NCBI GenBank assembly: GCA_002428635.1
Contig: DIXE01000025.1
Span: 713 to 64,712, forward strand
Length of the DNA stretch: 64,000 bases
Direction of reading: 5' to 3'
From: Bacteroidales bacterium UBA6088
Lineage (GTDB): Bacteria; Bacteroidota; Bacteroidia; Bacteroidales; UBA932
Part shown: in pieces, positions 60,879 through 64,000 of the stretch
How positions within the stretch are numbered: the stretch's first letter is position 1
How the letters are laid out: every line of letters starts with the position of its first letter
Made by a program: the position numbers and the translations under genes
The notes under the pieces: model-generated
Told to the model about the DNA's origin: nothing
Database searches by the model: none
What the model saw: the letters and a program-made list of their open reading frames with translations, nothing else

Positions 60879-61459
60879 CTGAAAAACAAGCCGAAAAACT
60901 CAGACAGAAAATCAAGCGAATAAAATTAGATTTTGCTGCTGACAAGAGACGCTGGGGCGGATACTATGATGACAGCCGAGGACTTCGCTACTTGCCAACA
61001 CAATATTACATCAAACTTGGTGACTTTCCCCAGGGACTTAAATATCTCAAATGGTTTCACAAAAACTTCCCGGACGACAGCGGCTTTCCGGACTTTTTAT
61101 TTGAATGGACAATCATTCTGTTCAAGACAGGCAACATTAGAGAAGCAGAGCAAAAAGCATTTGAGACATACTGCTCCAACACCTACATCTTTAACAAATT
61201 TTTCGGAAGACCAATTGTTCCGCTTGACAAATACGAGAACTCAAACATAGACATTTCTGCATATGCTGACTGCTTCAACTACTCGTGTCAACAACCTGAT
61301 CTTGTGGACTTCGGCGACTGGTTGGACAAATTCATCAAGACAGAAAAGTTTACTGAAGCTAGCCAAAAATTCATTGACCTCTACAAACGACTGAAAATAG
61401 AAGAAGACACTGAAACAAGAGGTTACCTAATCAGACAAGCAAGACAACTTGAAGAATAA
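60875..61459 (+). CDS. Hypothetical protein (194 aa, helical/TPR-like)
   Basis: Long open frame with ATGA overlap. DDSRGLRY, WFHKNFPDD.GFPDFLFEWTIILFKTG look like conserved-family motifs; no function recognised. Confidence 0.7.
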   Translation: MTEKQAEKLRQKIKRIKLDFAADKRRWGGYYDDSRGLRYLPTQYYIKLGDFPQGLKYLKWFHKNFPDDSGFPDFLFEWTIILFKTGNIREAEQKAFETYCSNTYIFNKFFGRPIVPLDKYENSNIDISAYADCFNYSCQQPDLVDFGDWLDKFIKTEKFTEASQKFIDLYKRLKIEEDTETRGYLIRQARQLEE

Positions 61460-61491
61460 CATTTCGCAGCACGATAAAAACACAAGAACCC

Positions 61492-61562
61492 AAAATCACA
61501 CCACAATGTGATTTTCACTTGCATATTTAAAAATAAGTCCTAACTTTGATGCTAAAATCACA
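61492..61562 (+). promoter_or_regulatory. hipB promoter with operator repeats
   Basis: AAAATCACA-N6-TGTGATTTT inverted repeat (61492-61515), TAACTTTG -7 element (61541-61548), third half-site AAAATCACA (61554-61562). Confidence 0.65.
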
Positions 61563-61567
61563 GTATA

Positions 61568-61777
61568 ATGTTAGTCAAGTATATTGGAGAAACCATAAAA
61601 AACAGGCGAAAAGAGTTGAGTATAACTCAACCCCACTTAGCCGAACTGGCAAAAGTGAGCACCAATACCCTCTATAAAATTGAACGGGGACAAGGGAATC
61701 CATCGTTAGACGTGTTGAACAAATTGGCAGAAGTGTTGGGAATGGAACTCAAACTTGAAGTGAAAAAGAAATACTGA
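61568..61777 (+). CDS. hipB: XRE/HipB-like HTH antitoxin-regulator
   Basis: IKNRRKELSITQPHLAELAKVSTNTLYKIERGQGNPSL. Confidence 0.85.
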   Translation: MLVKYIGETIKNRRKELSITQPHLAELAKVSTNTLYKIERGQGNPSLDVLNKLAEVLGMELKLEVKKKY

Positions 61778-61781
61778 GTAA

Positions 61782-62120
61782 ATGAGAGCAATGGAAATAT
61801 ACCGCAACGGAATTTTGGCAGGAATACTTACAGAAGAAAATCGTCAGCATTATGTTTTCAGGTATGATGACAAATACTTTAACGATTCCGGTAAATCGGC
61901 AATAAGTTTAACGCTGCCAAAAACACAAATAGAACACAGCTGCGAATTTTTGTTCCCGTTTTTCTTTAATATGATAAGTGAAGGAGTAAACCGGAAATTG
62001 CAAAACACCCTGTTGAGAATAGACGAAGAAGATGATTTCGGGATACTGGCAGCAACAGCACAATATGATACAATTGGAGCAGTAACCGTAAAACCAATAA
62101 GGCAAGATGAACTTAAATGA
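61782..62120 (+). CDS. HipA N-terminal-domain protein (HipS-like)
   Basis: IYRNGILAGIL, YVFRYD..Y, AISLTLP, LFPFF.NM.SEG, DTIGAVTV. Confidence 0.85.
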   Translation: MRAMEIYRNGILAGILTEENRQHYVFRYDDKYFNDSGKSAISLTLPKTQIEHSCEFLFPFFFNMISEGVNRKLQNTLLRIDEEDDFGILAATAQYDTIGAVTVKPIRQDELK

Positions 62121-63114
62121 ATTAAATTATTGTCCCGGAACTTTAGCAAAAGGATTTTCTTCCTACAGCCCAGGCTGCTTGCGGAATTTGTTTAACGGTA
62201 AAAAGGTAAATCATATTTTGCAATATGAGCAACCACAGATAAGTGAAGAAGTTGCCGAGGAGTTCATAGAAAACCGGAAACGTATATCCATATCCGGTGT
62301 GCAGGAAAAAGTGAGTTTTCTTTTGGAGAAAAATGTATTGCGATTGACACAGGAAGGGGAACAGGGAACATATATACTCAAGCCGATACCAAGAGATTTG
62401 AAAAATGTTGACCAGGTTCCTGCCAACGAACATTTGACTATGCAAATAGCCAAACAAGTATATGGACTAAAGACGGCAGAAAACGCATTGATTTTTTTCA
62501 AGAATGGTTCACCGGCCTACATCACCAAACGATTTGACATCAAAGAAAACGGAAGTAAATGGGGCAAAGAAGATTTTGCAACTCTGGCAGGAAAGACCAA
62601 AGACAATGCAGGTGCAAATTTCAAATATGCATACAGCTACGAAGAGGCAGGACAGTTGATTCAGAAATTTGTTCCTGCTTGGCAGATAGAAATAGAAAAG
62701 TATTTTTCTTTAGTTGTTTTCAATTTTCTGTTTTCAAACGGAGATGCTCATTTAAAGAACTTCTCTTTGCTTGAATCATCAAGTGGAGATTATTTGTTAA
62801 GTCCCGCTTATGATCTGATAAATACAAAACTGCATATTGATGATGTGGATTTTGCTTTGGATAAAGGACTGTTTGCAGATGATTATAAAAGTGAACAATA
62901 CAAGAAAAGCGGACATCCTTCCAAAAGCGATTTCAAGGAATTTGCCATTAGGATTGGAGTTACAGAAAGCCGTGTTGAGAAACTGCTGAATCCTTTTTTC
63001 GAAAAGCAACCACTTATGGAAACATTGGTCAGCCGTTCATTCTTAACTGAGACCAACAAAAGGGGATACTTGCTAATGTATAACACAAAAAGGAATCATT
63101 TAACAGCTCAATAA
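62107..63114 (+). CDS. HipA C-terminal-domain Ser/Thr kinase toxin (HipT-like)
   Basis: ISISGVQEK activation loop, YILKP, NEHLTMQIA, RFD, EDF, NGDAHLKNFS, LSPAYDL. Confidence 0.88.
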   Translation: MNLNELNYCPGTLAKGFSSYSPGCLRNLFNGKKVNHILQYEQPQISEEVAEEFIENRKRISISGVQEKVSFLLEKNVLRLTQEGEQGTYILKPIPRDLKNVDQVPANEHLTMQIAKQVYGLKTAENALIFFKNGSPAYITKRFDIKENGSKWGKEDFATLAGKTKDNAGANFKYAYSYEEAGQLIQKFVPAWQIEIEKYFSLVVFNFLFSNGDAHLKNFSLLESSSGDYLLSPAYDLINTKLHIDDVDFALDKGLFADDYKSEQYKKSGHPSKSDFKEFAIRIGVTESRVEKLLNPFFEKQPLMETLVSRSFLTETNKRGYLLMYNTKRNHLTAQ

Positions 63115-63298
63115 GATTGAAACACAGTGAGATTACAGAAGCACGAATAGCAAACAGCATATAGACGAACGCTTAGCAGCAAAAATTGCCTTCATTTTGC
63201 CCACGCACCTAAGCTCACCCACCACCAATCTGAAAAAAGACTATTTTATTGTTGATATGTTTTAATTATTTATTTTTCATTGTTTAAATAAAAAGTTT

Positions 63299-63320
63299 TA
63301 TATTTGACATTATTTGTCAA
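63299..63320 (+). promoter_or_regulatory. -7 element with overlapping palindrome (C-box-like operator)
   Basis: TATATTTG (63299-63306) overlaps TTGACA-ttatt-TGTCAA (63304-63320), 15 bp before the TTG start. Confidence 0.6.
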
Positions 63321-63335
63321 GTAAAAATTTTCAAA

Positions 63336-63638
63336 TTGAAGACAACTGGAGAAATACTAAGAGAAAAACGTGAAAAGAAAGGATTGCTTTTACGACACGT
63401 TTCTGCTCAACTCGACATAGACACAGCTATACTAAGCAAAATCGAGCGAGGGGAGAGAAAAGCAACAAGAGAACAAATAGTTAGATTGGCTGAGATTCTC
63501 GATATCAATAAAGAATCCTTAATTGTTAAGTATTTGAGCGAGAAGATTCTTTATGAACTTAAGGATGAGGACTTAGGGATCCAAGCACTTAAAGTCGCTG
63601 AAAAAACAATTAAATACGGTGTAACGAAAAACAAATAA
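63336..63638 (+). CDS. XRE-family HTH regulator, possible restriction-modification controller (C) protein
   Basis: GEILREKREKKGLLLRHVSAQLDIDTAILSKIERGER; TTG start; 1 bp before the methyltransferase. Confidence 0.8.
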   Translation: MKTTGEILREKREKKGLLLRHVSAQLDIDTAILSKIERGERKATREQIVRLAEILDINKESLIVKYLSEKILYELKDEDLGIQALKVAEKTIKYGVTKNK

Positions 63639-63639
63639 A

Positions 63640-64000
63640 ATGGCAGAACTATTATCAATTAAAGAGGCAAGCCAGTGGGCTAGTGAATATTTGGAAAAGA
63701 ATGTTACTACCTCTAACATTTCTTACCTAATCCAATATGGAAGGATTAAAAAAATTGGGGACAATGGCTCTACACAAGTTTATAAAGAGGAGTTAATCGA
63801 TTATTATAAAGACCAAAAAAAATCACGACAAGAAGAATGGAAAGAACAATTAGGAAGTGATTTAAATTGGGCTTTGTCTTTTGAGCAATACAAAGAAGCA
63901 GAAACAACAAAACATGTTCACAGACTGCATCCATACAAAGGAAAATTTATTCCACAATTAGTTGAATACTTTTTAGATGATCATAAAGATAAATTTAAAA
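63640..64000 (+). CDS. Site-specific DNA methyltransferase, N-terminal part (truncated by the window edge)
   Basis: Not in the ORF track because there is no stop. ATG 63640 gives MAELLSIKEASQWASEYLEKNVTTSNISYLIQYGRI...TTKHVHRLHPYKGKFIPQLVEYFLD. HxxHPYKGKFIPQL is typical of the N-terminus of amino-(N4C/N6A) methyltransferases; the catalytic motifs lie outside the window. Confidence 0.7.
   Translation, partial: MAELLSIKEASQWASEYLEKNVTTSNISYLIQYGRIKKIGDNGSTQVYKEELIDYYKDQKKSRQEEWKEQLGSDLNWALSFEQYKEAETTKHVHRLHPYKGKFIPQLVEYFLDDHKDKFK

Noticed and set aside
61496-61511. Second CRP site upstream of hipB
   Set aside because: The half-sites are in the reverse order (TCACA-N6-TGTGA); better explained as a HipB-type operator.

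Overview
Core-chromosome segment of an anaerobic Bacteroidota (Bacteroidales-like) bacterium. The lineage call is an inference from the atpD-C-x-B-E-F-H-A-G operon order, TAnnTTTG -7 promoter elements and the yceD-rpmF-fabH arrangement. Most of the window is housekeeping: deaD, fabH, typA, guaA, xerD, pyk, nth, gyrB, menG, cls, rplS, grpE-dnaJ, the F1Fo ATP synthase operon, fba, gmk, nadD, panB, dnaK, and three tRNAs (Arg-CCT, Leu-GAG, Arg-ACG). The standout locus is 37.3-43.8 kb. A Cys-rich Crp/Fnr regulator and a perfect TGTGA-N6-TCACA box face an operon encoding DsrE2, TusA, a divergent MvhD, two complementary HdrA-like flavoproteins, a small winged-helix protein and a QmoC-like FeS/cytochrome b membrane anchor. 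This is a Qmo-like quinone-coupled complex with a persulfide relay but no HdrB, AprAB or DsrAB in the window. Other notable items are a probable sulfonolipid (capnine) acyltransferase/reductase pair, a motif with identical spacing shared by the unlinked grpE-dnaJ and dnaK promoters (sigma54-like), and a MarR-linked P-type ATPase with a non-canonical PEEFP motif. A nested-hairpin element follows dnaK, and an AT-rich accessory island starts at about 60.1 kb (ParDE, a hypothetical gene, a tripartite HipBST-like module, an XRE/C-like regulator and a truncated DNA methyltransferase). hydF runs off the left edge and the methyltransferase runs off the right edge. All homology calls come from motif recognition by eye; no searches were run.
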